Below are positions 44,896-59,083 of a DNA stretch of 64,000 nucleotides, piece after piece. The stretch spans positions 28,793-92,792 of the forward strand of contig NW_021832868.1 of assembly GCF_006345805.1 (NCBI RefSeq). The letters are read 5' to 3'. The notes beneath the pieces were generated by a model that was not told the origin of the DNA, ran no database searches, and saw only the letters and a program-made list of their open reading frames with translations. Numbering within the stretch: position 1 is the first letter of the stretch; each line of letters opens with the position of its first letter. The position numbers were made by a program, and so were the translations under genes. Source of the DNA: Octopus sinensis (Eukaryota).

Positions 44896-47395
44896 GTTGG
44901 AACACTAAGTGTTCCAAAAACTGAGGTTTTGTCAAAAAAATTAATATCAATATAAATTTAATAATTTAATTAATGCAAAAAAGTCTTAAATATTATTATT
45001 TATTGAAAAATAGTCATCGATCCTTTTTCCATAACCATAATTTTTCTTCAAACTACTGAACAAATTTTGTCTGAAGCAGTAAAAATCATTTAACAAAATT
45101 GGAGCTATATCTAGAACTGATTCTTCCAATTCATTCACTTTTGCTACTACTTCTTTGACCGTAGTCTGTTTATTTTGCATACCACTGTAAAAAATTTCTT
45201 CATTATCGCTGCTTTCCGTATTTTCCAACACTTCGTCTACAACTTGTTCTATAACATCATCCGTCAGATTATCAGAAACAACAAATATTTCATTGCCGAA
45301 AGTATTATCCCAACAATTTGTAATTATTTCGGAGGATACATTTTGCCACGATTTCGATACTATTATCAATGATTGGCGTAAATTAATTTTTTTAAGTAAG
45401 TCGCAGTAAAAATCTTCTTCATCTATACAACAAATAAATTCAATTAACGCCTTCGAATAATTATCTTTAAAAGCTTTGATTATCCCATTATCCAATGGTT
45501 GGAGAATCGGAGTTGTATTTTTGGGTAAAAACAGCAATTCGATATTTGAGAGCGATTTATTTTCATGACACGAAGCGTTATCAAGAATTATTAAAATTTT
45601 TCTCTTTTCCATTTTAATTCGTTCATTCACTAAGAATAACCATTGAATAAAAATATCTCTTGTCATCCAGGCATTTTTGGAAGATGAGTACATAGCACCA
45701 TAATCCTCAGGGTTAAAATTTCTGAAACATCTGGGATTTTTAAATTTCCCGATTATTAAAGGATCAAATTTTTGACCTGAATAACTGCAGCAAAAGAGCA
45801 AAGAAATTTTTTCCTTATTTATTTTAGACCCTAACGCTTTTTTATTTTTTTGTACGAATGATTTTTTTGGGGTCTTTTTTATAAAAAGACAAGTTTCATC
45901 AATGTTAAAGATATTATTTTTTCCAAATTGATCAATTTTTTCATGGAAAACTTTTAAAAATGATTGAATTCCATCACGATTACATGAGTTTTTTTCGCCG
46001 CTAAGGATTTTGAATTTGAGTTCATGTCTTTTTTTAAAATTCATTAACCAACCATTCGATGTTTTAAAGCTTGTAATGTTCAATTTACCCGCAATTTTCA
46101 AACCTTAAAACAATGTGAGAAAAAGTAAAATTACCAATTTTTTTGATAAGAGGACCTGAAACTGGAATATTTTGGAGCCGTAATCTTTGACACATCTTAC
46201 CACATTAACCCAGTTTATAATGGAAGGTTTTGCAACTAGACCTCATCTCAAATCAATTGTATGCTCACTCGATCTTCAGAAGGCCTTTGATTCGGTCTCT
46301 AGAAAGATACTGACTCGAAAAATATTTGACCTATCGATCGACTCGAACATAAAACTCTGGCTTTCGAATTACCTCAGCGGAAGGAGAGGGCGTGTATGCC
46401 TGAATGGAATCAATTAAATCTCGAGATTACTTCCAAACGGAGTTCCCCAAGGCTCCCCCCTCTCTCCTGCTCTATTCAATTTATACCTATCCGACATTCC
46501 TAACCCTGAAATGGAAGACTCAATCTTTCTCGCCTACGCTGACACCTACTCATTGGATCACGTAACCAAGACCTCTCGAAAGCTTTCAAAAGAACACAAG
46601 ATCTCTTATTACAAATTCGAACTTGGCTATATCAAAACAGGATGAACATCTCCCCCGACAAATCGTCCAATACCCTATTTACGTCGGAAAAGAGACTTGG
46701 AAGCCTTACTATTGATCTTTTTCTGGACAACGAAAAGATCTCATTCACGAAGAACCCTAAAATTCTGGGGGTCATTTTTGACACCCACATGTGTTTTACT
46801 TCCCATTTAAAGAAGGCCATCGGATCCAGTCAGAGAAGGATTGGACTAATCAAATCGATTTTTGGTGAACTAAAGACACCGTTCCCGGCTCTCGGCACTC
46901 TCTACAAACAATTCATCGAACCAACAATTGGCTATGCCTGCGCCGCTTGGGGTTCTAATCTCTCATGGTCTAACCGCCTTAAAATTGAGACTACACTATG
47001 CCGAGCCGCGGCTAGCATAACGAAAATTTCCAAACTGAACAACATTACCCCAACTCCGCTTGACCAACTTATTAAGAAAGATGGAAAGGGTTTCTTAGCC
47101 ATCCAACAAGACCACCTGCCAAAAGACTCTAACAACCAGAAGCACATCACCCCAATTCAATTCCTCACAAAAACTGCTCCCCGCCCATCCCGCACTTGCG
47201 TTGGGTCCAGAGTCCAACATCGGGAAAAGCTGAGAAAGATTTTGAGGGTTGTTGGAATCACCTAATTAATTACCCTAATTAACTGTTGGTGATTCTTGGG
47301 TTAAAATAATAATAATAGGCAGAGATCCTACAAAGTGTTCCAAAAACTGAGGTGTTCCAGTTCCGAGGTATGTTCCAAATCGAGGTCGGACTGTA
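44896..47395 (-). mobile_element. pogo/Tigger DNA transposon (transposase ~46180-44986, 31-nt intron at 46104-46134), interrupted by a LINE
   Basis: NIPVSGPLI, SNGWLMNFKKRH, NIDET, ILDNASCH, LPKNTT.ILQPLD. One end reads TA|CAGTCCGACCTCG at ~47395, with repeated TGTTCCA..GAGG subterminal boxes. Confidence 0.85.
46187..47317 (+). mobile_element. 5'-truncated Jockey-like LINE RT fragment with (AAT)n tail
   Basis: LDLQKAFDSV, NGVPQGSPLSP, YAD, KNPKILGVIFD; AATAATAATA at ~47305-47317. Confidence 0.8.
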
Positions 47396-47453
47396 TCAAA
47401 CAACGCTTTATGGATTACCTCCCCAGATGGAAAATTAGAAGGGTTGTATAGGC

Positions 47454-48240
47454 CAGGGGTCGGCAAAAGCAGGCTCGCGAGCCTTTGAAGGCTCTTCAAC
47501 TCTTACGGTAGGCTCTTTCAATTTTTAACTATTTTTTTATAAATGATTTCAATTTTTAACTATTTTTTTTGTTTTGTTAATAACAAAAAATCTTTGCACG
47601 TTTAACATTAATTTTTTGTAGTACATCGATATATGCCTAGCAAGAAAAATTAATAAAAAATCGATAATGCGCGACATTTTCAATCAAAATGGACTGAAAC
47701 TTTTGCATTCACGTCTAATTCAGAACAACTACCGAAATGTCTCATTTGCCAAGAAACATTGAATCAAAATAAAAAGTCAAATTTAGAGAGACACTTTAAC
47801 ACAAAACACTTAAATTTCGCTAAAAAATATCCAATTGGTGATTCCCGAAAGAAAGCTGTAGAAGAATTTACAAAGAATATTCAATTCGAGAATTCTGCTT
47901 TTAAATGTTGGTCTGACAATGCCAGGACTGCGTATATTGCAAGTTTTTTGATAAGCCACGAGATCGCAAAAAGGGGAAAACCATTTACCGATGGGGAATT
48001 TATAAAGGCATGTTTCATTAAAACCTCTGAAGAACTTTTTCACGATTTTTCAAATAAGGCAGAAATCGTGAGTAAGATAATGAATATACCTTTATCTGCG
48101 AAAATAGTAGCCGACAGGACTTTTAAGATGTCTTCGAATGTATCTGTTCAACAAGTTTCTGACGTGAAATTGTCTAATTCAATTTCAATAAATGACATTG
48201 CACAAGTATCATTGTTCATGTCATACTTAGGTGTCTCTGT
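47454..48240 (+). mobile_element. hAT (Buster/SPIN, GTF2IRD2-like) left end and transposase N-terminal fragment
   Basis: CAGGGGTCGGCAA terminus after GTATAGGC; CLICQETL..NLERHF..KH, IAKRGKPFTDGEFIK, IPLSA. Confidence 0.8.
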
Positions 48241-48504
48241 TTGTTCGTTATGTGTTTCGAGGTTTCCTGAGGCAAGAACTTTTGGCATTACTAACAGTTA
48301 GTAATCAGTAGGGCAACCAAAAGTCATATAAGTCATATTATTTTTTATTGGTCATATTGATGTTATTTCTATAATTAATAAACTATTATTATATTTTTTA
48401 ATAGTTTTATTAATTTTTTTAGGTCTTATAGGTCATATTTTATGCCGTTAGGTCATATTTTTTTTGTTAGGTCATATTTATATTTATTAAATCATATATT
48501 TTTA

Positions 48505-48965
48505 TTAATCTTTGTTTAAACAGAGTTCTTCAGAAACAATTTTCAAATTTTTCACTCTCAAAGTTGATTTGTAAAATATAGAAGTCCCCGTTCCAGCTAT
48601 CGAACCCGACTTCCATTTGATATCAAGGGAGTAATAGCCATTCAGATAATAATACACCATACACAATTGCAAACATTTATATCCCTCCCCCATCGAGCTG
48701 CTCTAGAGGCTACATTCCTTCCCTCGCCGCTATCATGTCTATCAAAAATATTATAATCTGCGGAGATCTAAATGCTAAAAATCCAGTCTGGCTGTCTAAT
48801 CAATGCCTTGACCAGCGAGGCCTTCATCTAATGTCGCAACTGGAAGATCTAGTCATACTGAACGACCCTCATACAAACACAAGGTGTGCTCTGAGAGCAA
48901 ACGACACTAATACATCTCCAGATCTCTCCCTCTGCTCCCCATCAATCTCCTCCCGCATACGTTGT
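48505..48965. pseudogene. Two APE endonuclease fragments (48505-48690 minus, C-like; 48735-48965 plus)
   Basis: GTGTSIFYKS; IICGDLNAKN..TSPDLSL. Confidence 0.7.
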
Positions 48966-49229
48966 TTTTGAAATAAAAATATCACATTTGTAGTTGAACA
49001 CAGATATCATTTGTCGATTTTTAGAACCTTCATGTAAAGTGGCACTAAATAATACTTATTTTGTTGTAGTCACCACTAGATTGTGTTGAACGACTAAGAA
49101 TTTATTTTGCTCATTAAATATTTACGTGGAATGCCTTTAAAACACCCAATTATGACAGTCTGTGTCTGGTAGTTGCCCTACTTCTATCGTTGCATATGTA
49201 CATTTTATCATTACTCACAAGTTGGTGTT

Positions 49230-49540
49230 GGTTGGAGACGGAGGCCAGGGCTTCGCAAGTCGCCTGACAATAGAGATCTGCCGTTGAATAGATGGAGAAT
49301 TGGGCAGCCTCGGACCAAACCGGGCAGCCAAGTAATCTTCAGTCTGAGAGAGAATGGGAAGCAGAGTGAGCGGATAGGAATGCCGGAAGGACCAGATCGG
49401 AATAAGATCTCATGCCAAGGCCGCCACAGCGCACATGCATTAAACGGTTGGACAGGTTGCCACTCACTGAGCTTTGGACAAAAGGCAAGCTTTCGACTCC
49501 TACGACCATGGAAGACCTCTTAAATGTATGAACGGACAAA
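49230..49540 (-). pseudogene. CRE-like RT fragment
   Basis: GGLGMRSYSDLVLPAFLSA. Confidence 0.6.
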
Positions 49541-50111
49541 ATGTTGACCTATCCACGTCCTTAAAGTGGTTAGACTAAAGGAAAATTAAGATAATGAAAC
49601 AACTTTGAAGCATTATATTATTTAGGAAACAGTTAAATCTTAACGTTTTAATTTAACACATATAATTTATAGAGGGATTGGCGTCTTCCTCCCGGAAAAC
49701 AGGATTAATTGCCAACAAATCTCTATTATTTGTCGTAAGTTATAATGTCTAGGCCCGTTCTAAGTGTCCGGAGTGATAAATCGGATTTATCACTCCAAAT
49801 CATCTAAATTCTTTGTTTAAGATCTGAAATTCTTAATGATTACTTTTGTTAATTCAATAATTTTTTAAATTATTAAAATTTGAAAAAAGTAACTCAGTTA
49901 ACAAGAACGCGGAAATTAAACAAAGAAATTTTCATCAATCAGGTGATTGAGCGTCATAGTAACGAACATAAAAATGTAAGATTAGGAATAGGAATAGGAA
50001 GTTTTATTGGAAACAGAGAAGGGTTAAAGGTTAGGGGGGAGTTTGTATAATGAAACAATAGGACTACCCTATCGACTTCTTCCCAGAAAAAAAAAAGAGA
50101 CCCCCTCAAGT

Positions 50112-50143
<32 letters not shown>

Positions 50144-50903
50144 CTTTTCTACCTCTGCAGGTACGTCCCAGTGACAATTGAGTTGGATTTATAACCACTT
50201 ATAGCTTTTTCGACATAAAAATGTAAGATTACTCTATGCGAATTTTTTTTTACAATTAACCTCAATTAATTCAATTCAAATCCTTTAGTTTTATAACTAT
50301 TTGTTGATTGCTAAAAAGACTATAAAATATAGATATTGACTAAATCGAAAACCGAAACTAAACATAAAAATAGATAATAAAATTTACAAACATTGTCCCA
50401 AACAGTCTCGTATAATATAAATTCAGTTTTCAACAGAGTCTGTATTTAACCGCTACATATGATTCTGTGCAAACTCTTCCGGTCCTTATTTATGTGACGA
50501 AAAGGGTTTAGACGAGATGACCTTCTTCCAGTATAGAAGCAACGTCTCCTATGTCGAATAAAACAAAGCAAAAGTTCACTTATATTATGAAACAATTTTT
50601 AAAAAACATTACAAATTGATTGAATATAAAATGAAAATGTAATTTTTTAAAAGTTAATTTTTTAATCATTGACTTTGGAATTGTCTTCCTTTCACCAGAT
50701 GTGCAATTCTCAACGAGAACGGAATGCAGAGAAACTTCTTCCACTACTAGAAATTGTTCCTTGCTAAAAAAACTAGTGAGTGGATATTTTCTTGTTTTTA
50801 TATTTTTATCGAAATCAATTTTAATTGTAACATTATCTCCAATTGTGATATCTTTTTTTCGAAAATTTTTATTTGCGTCTTCTGTAACTTTTCTTTTATA
50901 CTT

Positions 50904-51400
50904 TTAATTATGAGTTTTTACTTCTAAGGATAATTCCGTTTCTTCCGATTCTGAGTTAATCTCTTCTTCTTCGCCTCCACATGGCAAAATATTAAAACCC
51001 GTTATTCCGTAAAATAGACTGGGTAAATAAAAAGAGACTAACCAAAATGGTGACTTTCCAGTTCCGCGATGACAAGTTATGTTGTATTTATACACCACTT
51101 TCTGTAGAATTTCTCTCCACCTTATATATTCTGTTGCGAACAAAGTCTTCCCCCACCAACGTTTGAGAGTTTGGTTATATCTTTCTATTTGTCCTTGAGA
51201 TTGTGGGTGCCTTGGTCTTCCATATATCGGAGTTATTTTCCAATCATCAAAAAGTTTTGAAACTTCTTTGTTGCGGAATTCCTTTCCATTGTCCGAATGA
51301 AAATAAATTGGAGGACCGACAGTCTGGAATAAACTCTCAATTGCATTATAGATGCTTTGTGATGTTTTATTCTCTAACGCGAACTTTAAAATATAGACAT
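50904..51400 (-). pseudogene. Ginger-like integrase fragment with a probable 24-nt intron
   Basis: HSDNGKEF, PRHPQSQGQIERYNQTLK, YNITCHRGTGKSPF. Confidence 0.75.
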
Positions 51401-51999
51401 TTTATCCCCAATTCGACCCATTTCCTATCTAATTCAACAAAAATAAAATTTCAATTTTTTTGCCTACCAGAAAAACATGCGGGTACATTTTACCAATAAT
51501 TTCATCCGTATCCCCGTATAGGACGTTATTTAACCAAAATTAGGCGACACAAATAAAATTTATTCCCAAGTCAGGCCCGCCCGCTAGACGTGACCAATCA
51601 AATTTACTCAATGTCAAAAATACCAAATTAACTTATTTTATTGCTAAGATGCTTGCTCATCTTCTCGCTGGCTGTTCTACGCGGGAATTGTCTTTCAATC
51701 CTGCTGTCGGTACTTTATAACTAGCCTATTCGTTTTCCATTTAGTTATAAATAAAAAAAACTTATTTTATTATGCACTCACATCTTCCTGTTTATTCTCT
51801 TATAATACGGAGAATCCAAACTAATTTCTAGAAACCTGAATTCGAATTTATCTTTAGTTGATTAAAAGCATTTACTGATATTTTCGGGAGTGTATTAAAG
51901 TTTAGCTGCATCTACATCAGTATTTCCTAAAACAGTATTGAATCCAGAAATTCCACGATATCTCTCAAAGGGTCAAACACCTGCAAAAAATTTAAGTTA

Positions 52000-52700
52000 A
52001 GACAGATAATTCTCCTGTAGATGAGTGAGGTGTTTAATTGTACAAAACACGACCTTTCTTATGTATTTTATCCGCTCTTTGTTGTCATCCAAAATTATAA
52101 TCTTTTAAAGGCTCCTGGTGATCGTCTGATTGAATCGTTTAACAATTCCCTGACTCTGAAGATTGTTTGTTCTTCCATGTACTTGTTGGACACAAAACTC
52201 TTCACATATTTTTGCCACATAAAAATTTTTGAATTCTGTACAATTGTCTAATTGGAGAAACTTGCAGGGACCAAGATCCATAAAAATGTCATTTAAACTA
52301 GTCGCCACGTCTACTTTTATTTTCAAGATTCCTTGTAAACGCATATGCTGAATATACGTCTATTGTAGACACTCATTTTTAAATCTAGAAAATGAGCTAA
52401 ATTTATACAGTTTAAAATCAATTAAATTTACTTGAAACCTTTCATTAGGTAAATCAGCGACAATATTAATTGAATCATCATATTGTTTTAGTGGAACTGA
52501 AAATTTGCACATATTGCATTCTTTAACAACTTGCGAATGATCAGTCTTTTCAATATGAACAATCTTCGTCTACATAAGGCCTCATAAATTTCACTTGCAA
52601 TTATTTTCATCTCTTCTAAGCTCGTGGAAGCAATTACGAGCGTAGTATGCCGTTTACATTTTTAGGATATAGTTTCCCCTCTCTAATTAGAAATTTTTCT
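52000..52700 (-). pseudogene. Ginger-like integrase fragment
   Basis: PNERFQVNLID, LQLDNCTEF, QSQGIVKRFNQTI. Confidence 0.75.
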
Positions 52701-53613
52701 GCATTCTTTTTGATTCGATACTTCTTGTATTTTGGAAGATCGATTTTTCCATTATTGATTATAGATCTGGGAAATTATATTCATCTTGATCTTTTACAAA
52801 CAAACGCTGGACCGACATGACAAAGTAAAGACAAAGTTATACTTGCGTAAATAATATTTTATCTGGGTGAGTACAGTATGCCGGCAAAAAATTATTTACA
52901 TCTTTTATGAAATAAATGATAAATGAAAATAACGTCAAGAGTAATTCAAATTTATAAAAAATATGATGATGCTTTTTTATATTCATCAATTAAACTGACA
53001 GGTGATTGACAAATTGATGATAAGTCGCTTTCTGGGCTCGCAACAGAAAACAACGATTAAATACTGCAACCTTAGTTAAATTTTGTTTTTCAATAATTTG
53101 ATAGGATATAAATGTCGATATTTATGTGCGTCATTAATGGAAATACGATGATCTAAACCAACCTGAGAGAATACCGCAAAATATATTCATACGAAATTTT
53201 GATGAAAAATACTTCTATCTAAGTAATAATTTTCGAAAAGAGTAAATCAATTTTGCTAGTAATGTCCAGATTGAGCTGGGGCTCGATTTGTTTAAAAATG
53301 GAAAATTCACAATTTAATTAAAAATAACTTAAGGGCGGTTCTAGACCGCAAAAATATTTCTTTAATCAATTTAATTGTATTTTCATTAGCTGTTTTTTGA
53401 CTAAAAAATAAATATAACAAAGTGATTTATGATATATTTTTAACGCTCAATGAATAAATAAATTTTAATTTGTTTTTATTATATCAAAATTAATATAAAA
53501 GATCAAATATAGTAATTTTTTTCTACTGGTAAACAAGAATTTAACTACATTATTCATGAGATTGAAAACTATCTCGCATTAGTTGATATATAATAAGTAT
53601 ATTCTAGTTTTGG

Positions 53614-56386
53614 ATGGCTGAAGCATACAATTTGGTCGGAGTGAGCTTTGAGATTACCCCTGACGGGTTCGACTGGAAATTCAACTTTAACGTTTTCGGA
53701 CAAATATTTCGTTCCATCCTCAGATCATGGAAGCGCAGATATGGTCGCTTTAAGGTGATAAATTTTACTTTTAAACGATTGACGTCATCTTGTCAGAGTT
53801 TAATGTAGTATAGAATCGGCTAATAAACAACGTCTATCCGCTCTCGTATAAATCTCTGCTCGTCTGTGTTAGTTTATCGTGTCTAACTTTCCTGTTGAAA
53901 GTTCCAAAACTTTATTCGCTGCAAAAAAGTGTGGCGCAAATACTGAAAAAGTATTTTTTTTCATTTCAGCTCAAGGTTTCTATGGATGGAAGACACTGGG
54001 GTGTTCATAATATGTCTCAACGGTCTCCTCTTGTGGATTGTTAATATATTTATCTTCAAATACAGCCTCCGTGCTCTGCTTAAATACCAAGGATGGGTAT
54101 TCGAAGAACGAAAAAATATTACATGGCGAACCAAAATATGGATGGCATTTAATTTTCATAATTAATTAAATAGTTTACATTAACCTGGTTTGTCGGAGAT
54201 AAGAATTTGAGGAGCTACCAGTCCTGCCTCCCTCGACTTCCTCTTCCAAGACTAGAGGACACAGTCAGTCGGGTACATTAGGAAGGTCATTTTAGTATCT
54301 GGAATCTGCAAAGTGCATATACCAGAATGAGCAGTTGGAGGAACTAAGGACTAATGCCTCCAGGTTTCTTACAACCCTGGGCCCAAAACTGCAAAAATAT
54401 CTCATACTCAAATCATGGTGGGCTTCAAATTATGTTTTGTTTGTTTTTTGAATTTCAAGGTCTCCGATTGGTGGGAGGAGTTTATTTACTTGGTCGACAG
54501 GTCTTCCATTGTAATAAACAGCAATTACTACAGTCTGGGGTTGGCAGGGTACTCGAGGACCATGTCTTGTCGTCAGGCATCACGTGCCGCTGGGTTTGTC
54601 TCAAGTTTATTGGCTTTTCGTCGAAGCATCAACACCGAGAATCTCAAGCCTGTATTCTACGTTTTTTGACTTACAGTTGATGGTTTCGAAGTCAGTTCCA
54701 CTTTGCACGGGTCAGTATGACAGGTTGTTCAACACGTCCCGAATTGCCTATACACTCAAGGGTCAAAAAAAGCCTCATTTGTAGATAAGTTGGAACATTT
54801 TGACGTGAGTAATCACATTACCGTCTATCACAAAGGAAAGTACTTCAAAGTCTATATTTATTGCGATTCACAACTGGCCAGTCCCTCAGAACTGGAAAGG
54901 TTTTAGCATTTTAATGGTTTTTAGAGTCTTTGACATTATCATCAACGATACTTCCCAGCCAAAGGAAGGAGAGGAGTTTTTCGGAGTTGTTACTGCTGTC
55001 GACCGAGAGACCTCAGCCTCTCTTAGAGGGGAACATTTCTCGGACGGAGTAAACAAGGATTCGATTCAAGCCGTTGACAGAGTAATTTTTATTTTCTATC
55101 ACAGGCTGCTTTTCATTTGGTTCTTGAGAACTTCCCAGCAGAGTTGGAAGTGGACTCGGACAGTGAACAACTCAGTCACATCTCCAAACGTCTATTTCAT
55201 GGAAAAGGATACGACCGGTGGTTTGAAAAGTCCTTTAACCTCGTCGTCTTCTCGGACGGACACGTTGGTTATACTCCTGACTGTGTTTAGGTTGCAACCA
55301 TAGCGGAACACTCCTGGTAAAGTTAACATGATTGTCTTAGGGGGGACGCCCTTGTTTTATCTCACATGATTGAAATGACCACTTTGTACGAAATACAAAA
55401 TATTCGGTCAGTTTATTGATGATCATAGAATAAACAGATATCAAGAAAACGGTAGGATCGTTTGTACAAACTTGTCCAATTGTTCTTTAATAGATCCGAT
55501 CAGACTGACATTTGACTTTGACGATTATGTAAGGAGAAATGACTCAGCTGTAGTTCGTCAAAGTTTTGGCCGATCATTCAAAGAGAATTTTGTCGGAGGT
55601 GGAGAATTTAGATCTTCGAGTTTTCCATTTTAGTCAGTTCGGAAAAGGTTTTGGCCGAGTAAATAAACTGAGCACGGATTCCCTGATTCAGCTGGCTCTA
55701 CAACTTGCCTACTATAGGGTTAGCTGCTCTAGGCCACGTTAGGAGACGGAATCATTTGTTAATACTTACGAATCGGCCAGTACAAGATTTTTTCTAGAAG
55801 GACGAACTGAAACTATTCGCTCATGTACAGCCGAATCCTGTAGATTCGTTAGAGCTTTGGTGGACGAGACTGATTCTGTACAGTCATCTAGAGTATTCCT
55901 AGAATGAAAGTCTAAAAAGACTGGCATATGAAGCAATAAACTCACATCAACGAGTTACCAAAATGGCTTGCACTGGAATGGGGATTGACCGTCATTTATT
56001 CGCTCTTTTCATTGTTTCGAGATTTTTGGTGGAAAAATCGGAATTTTTGGAATGCGTTCTTCAAGAGACATGGGGAATGTCTACTAGTCAAGTAAAACAA
56101 ATATCTTTTGTCACAATCAGACTCCAGTTTCTCAGACTTCTGATCCCGCGTTTTTGCACCTGACAAAGACTGCATTTGGTGGAGGGTTTGGACCGACTTG
56201 CTCCCGTGGATACGGAATTGCTTATTTCCCAGACGAGGACAGTATTTCGTTCCACGTATCGTGTTTAAAGGATTCTGAATGTCGGGTTTTTTCGATTTAA
56301 ATCACGCTTAGAATTCTACAATATTCGGAGAAAGAATACAGACTGCATTGATAGATATCGCACGAGTAATTCAACAGGACATATAA
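53614..56386 (+). CDS. CPT1: Carnitine O-palmitoyltransferase 1 (772 aa, 18 exons)
   Basis: [19 protein letters not shown]-terminus, SLPRLP-like SCLPRLP, SDWWEE, catalytic [35 protein letters not shown]. Removing 17 introns (454 nt) leaves 2319 nt = 772 codons + stop. Confidence 0.95.
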
Positions 56387-57329
56387 TCTAACCTCTTTAA
56401 TCAAAACTATAATTTAAATTTGAGCAATTATGTTAATTGGCACTATTCTAATGATCTTAAAATGACACCAATTACTTAGTTCTTTTTAACAATTCATGAG
56501 GCCAAAAGATTAATTGGCCGGAACCCTTTACCAACACCCTAAAAGCAGTTATCATAAAAAGGCAACAAAAAATGGTGAAGACAGCCTCTATTCCTGCGAA
56601 TCCCCTATACGAACTTTTGTTTAACTACCTCAAAAATTGTCCCCGTTTCGAGCTATCAACATGCCCTTTCTGGAGAATTGTCTAGGACTCTCGTTCACGT
56701 CAGACAAAACCTCTATTGCTATGGTCTAGGATCACTTAGTTAGTTAGGACTCCTCTTTTTTTCCTTATAACCCGGTGATCCTGGGGTAACAATAAATAAA
56801 TAAAATATTGACAACACACAGCTAACGCACCGCAAAACCAAATAGTTGTTTCCCTGATGACCTCCATCGAGAAACCCCGAAACAACCACCGGTCTCACGA
56901 GGGTCTTTAGTGCACACAGAGATTAACAACAAACCAATCCTTCTGACGAAAGGGAAAGTGGATAGTCCAAAAATTCCAGAAGTTACCACGATTTTTCCAG
57001 TTCTCTGTTTCTCTCTGGGAACTTAACTACATTGTATAAAAAAAGATGGCGAAATCAGACTAATCTTAGTGGTAATGTATTTAAAAAGCCTGCCGCAAAA
57101 ATTGGGTGTGCAAGATCATCTATTCTCGTTCTACGAATTTTTCAAAACATTCAGCTGAGCATTGAAATTAAGGCTGGCTATAAAGCTTCCGTCCACGTTG
57201 TAATGAACTATTGAGTTTGCCCACATATCTTATTCGATTTGCATCCTGATAAAACTTGAGATGAAGAACGCATTTAATTGTATTAACCATACATGTTTCC
57301 TGAACAAATGTTGGCTCAACATGCCTGAC

Positions 57330-58830
57330 TTATTGCTTCTGGCGAACATTTGTTATAGGAGTTGCTCTGATCTCCTTATTGGAGGAAGAACGATTTAATC
57401 GTCAATTGGAGTTCAACACGGTGACCCTCTCGGGTCATTATCGTTCTCTTTAGGAGCCAATTAAATCTCTCTCAATGTCAGTTCTCCGTTTAACATCTGG
57501 TTCCACGACGAAATCACTGTCGGGTATCCATCAGATCAGGTGATAAGAGACATGAATTTGATTTCAGTGACGCTGGAAAAAGTTGCCATTGCAATTAACA
57601 CGCAAAAATGTAAGATCACCAATTTAAATGCCAATCAAGCCGATTTTTTGTTTATCACTAATGAGCTTTATACACACATTCAGGAGATTAAAATAACTTG
57701 CGAGGAGATCTAAAAATATCTGGATCACTACTATTAAAATCCCCGATCTGGAATTTTTTGAAAAAAAATTTCCGTTTTAGAATTCGCAACAAATCGTCTT
57801 ACCCTACTAAACGCATACGACGGAAAAAGTTTTGGCCAAGTAAATAAAAGGTTTTGGCCGACGGATTGTTCTTCCTGAAAAATTTCTGCCTAGGCCTCTG
57901 TATGTTCTACGCTCTGCCCCATGTTTCCAATGCCAATTTGAATTATCCAAACTCAAATTGATAGTCCGAGTCTGTTCCGAAAGTAACATTCATTTTGACG
58001 ATATATTCTGGAAGCAAGCTATTTTCCCGGTCCGATTTGGAAAAATCGGATACGCTCACCTGCGGATGTTGCTTTACCCATGTATTTATGCTCCCAAAAT
58101 ATGTGTGCTTCGCTCGTTGACGTCGTTCTCCTAGTTTCTTTCAAACTTAGTACGTTTACTTGGCTGCGCATGGGTCTCAAAATTTGACAAGACAGAGGAC
58201 TAAAGATTTCGGTTCTTACCTCTTTTTAAAAACACTGGGACAACATTTTCTGCAAGTCTTTTCACGGATCTGTGGAAATTTCTCTGAACTAGAACAAACT
58301 TGCTTGTTTAAGGAGTGTTGCCCAGTCACAGTCTGAAGCCTGGCTTAATGCCTGCCAACTTCCATCGGTTGGTTGGAAGCTTGGTAACGAGAGTTTACGT
58401 GTTGGTTTATACCTACGTATATGTCTGAGAATATGCTCTCCACATTTATCCAAATGTGGTTCGACTATGAATGAACTGGCAGACATGCTCTCTCATGTAG
58501 GCGCAGTACCGCCTGTTTTCCGAGACATAAAGCACTCAACGGAATTATTAAGAACGCCTTAGCCTTTCCCGACATTCCAGCTCGACTGGAACCACCTTGG
58601 CTTTTTCGTGAAGATGGACACGCCAAGATGGAGTTACGTTCTTCCCTTTCCTGAAGGGTAAATGTCTAGCATGGGACTGAGTCTGTATCGACACTTTCTC
58701 CCAGTCCAATCTGGTTGGTTAACTTGGCATCTGACGCGGAGTCAGCAGCAAGAGCATACGAAGAATCAAAGGTAAAACTCTGCGAGGACTTTATCGGCCA
58801 ACCGAAACATTCGGGAACTTCTGACCATCC
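57330..58830 (+). pseudogene. Degenerate CRE-like non-LTR element (RT to RLE)
   Basis: GVQHGDPLG, AWLNA.QLP..G.KL, and the PDG/WD-region remnant, with many stops. Confidence 0.65.
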
Positions 58831-59083
58831 ATTTTATCTTTTGTCAGACGGCTCAGATCGCTGATCTCTGTGTGCACGAAAGACCCTTGTGAGACCTAAT
58901 GGCTGTTTCAGCGTTTCTCATTGGCGGTCATCCGGGAGAACAGCCAAGCAATCCTCTGGGGCTATTTGACCTCTTCCATGCTTTTTTTAAATGCAATAAC
59001 TATTATCGCCTGTACGTTTCATTGTCTATCTTAAGCGGCGCTAAGAGATTTAAGAAAACTAGTGAAAACTGTCAATAACTGAA

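Noticed and set aside
50113-50150. Long poly(T) run as the tail of a retrocopy
   Set aside because: No recognisable parent gene, element or TSD; left as a simple repeat.
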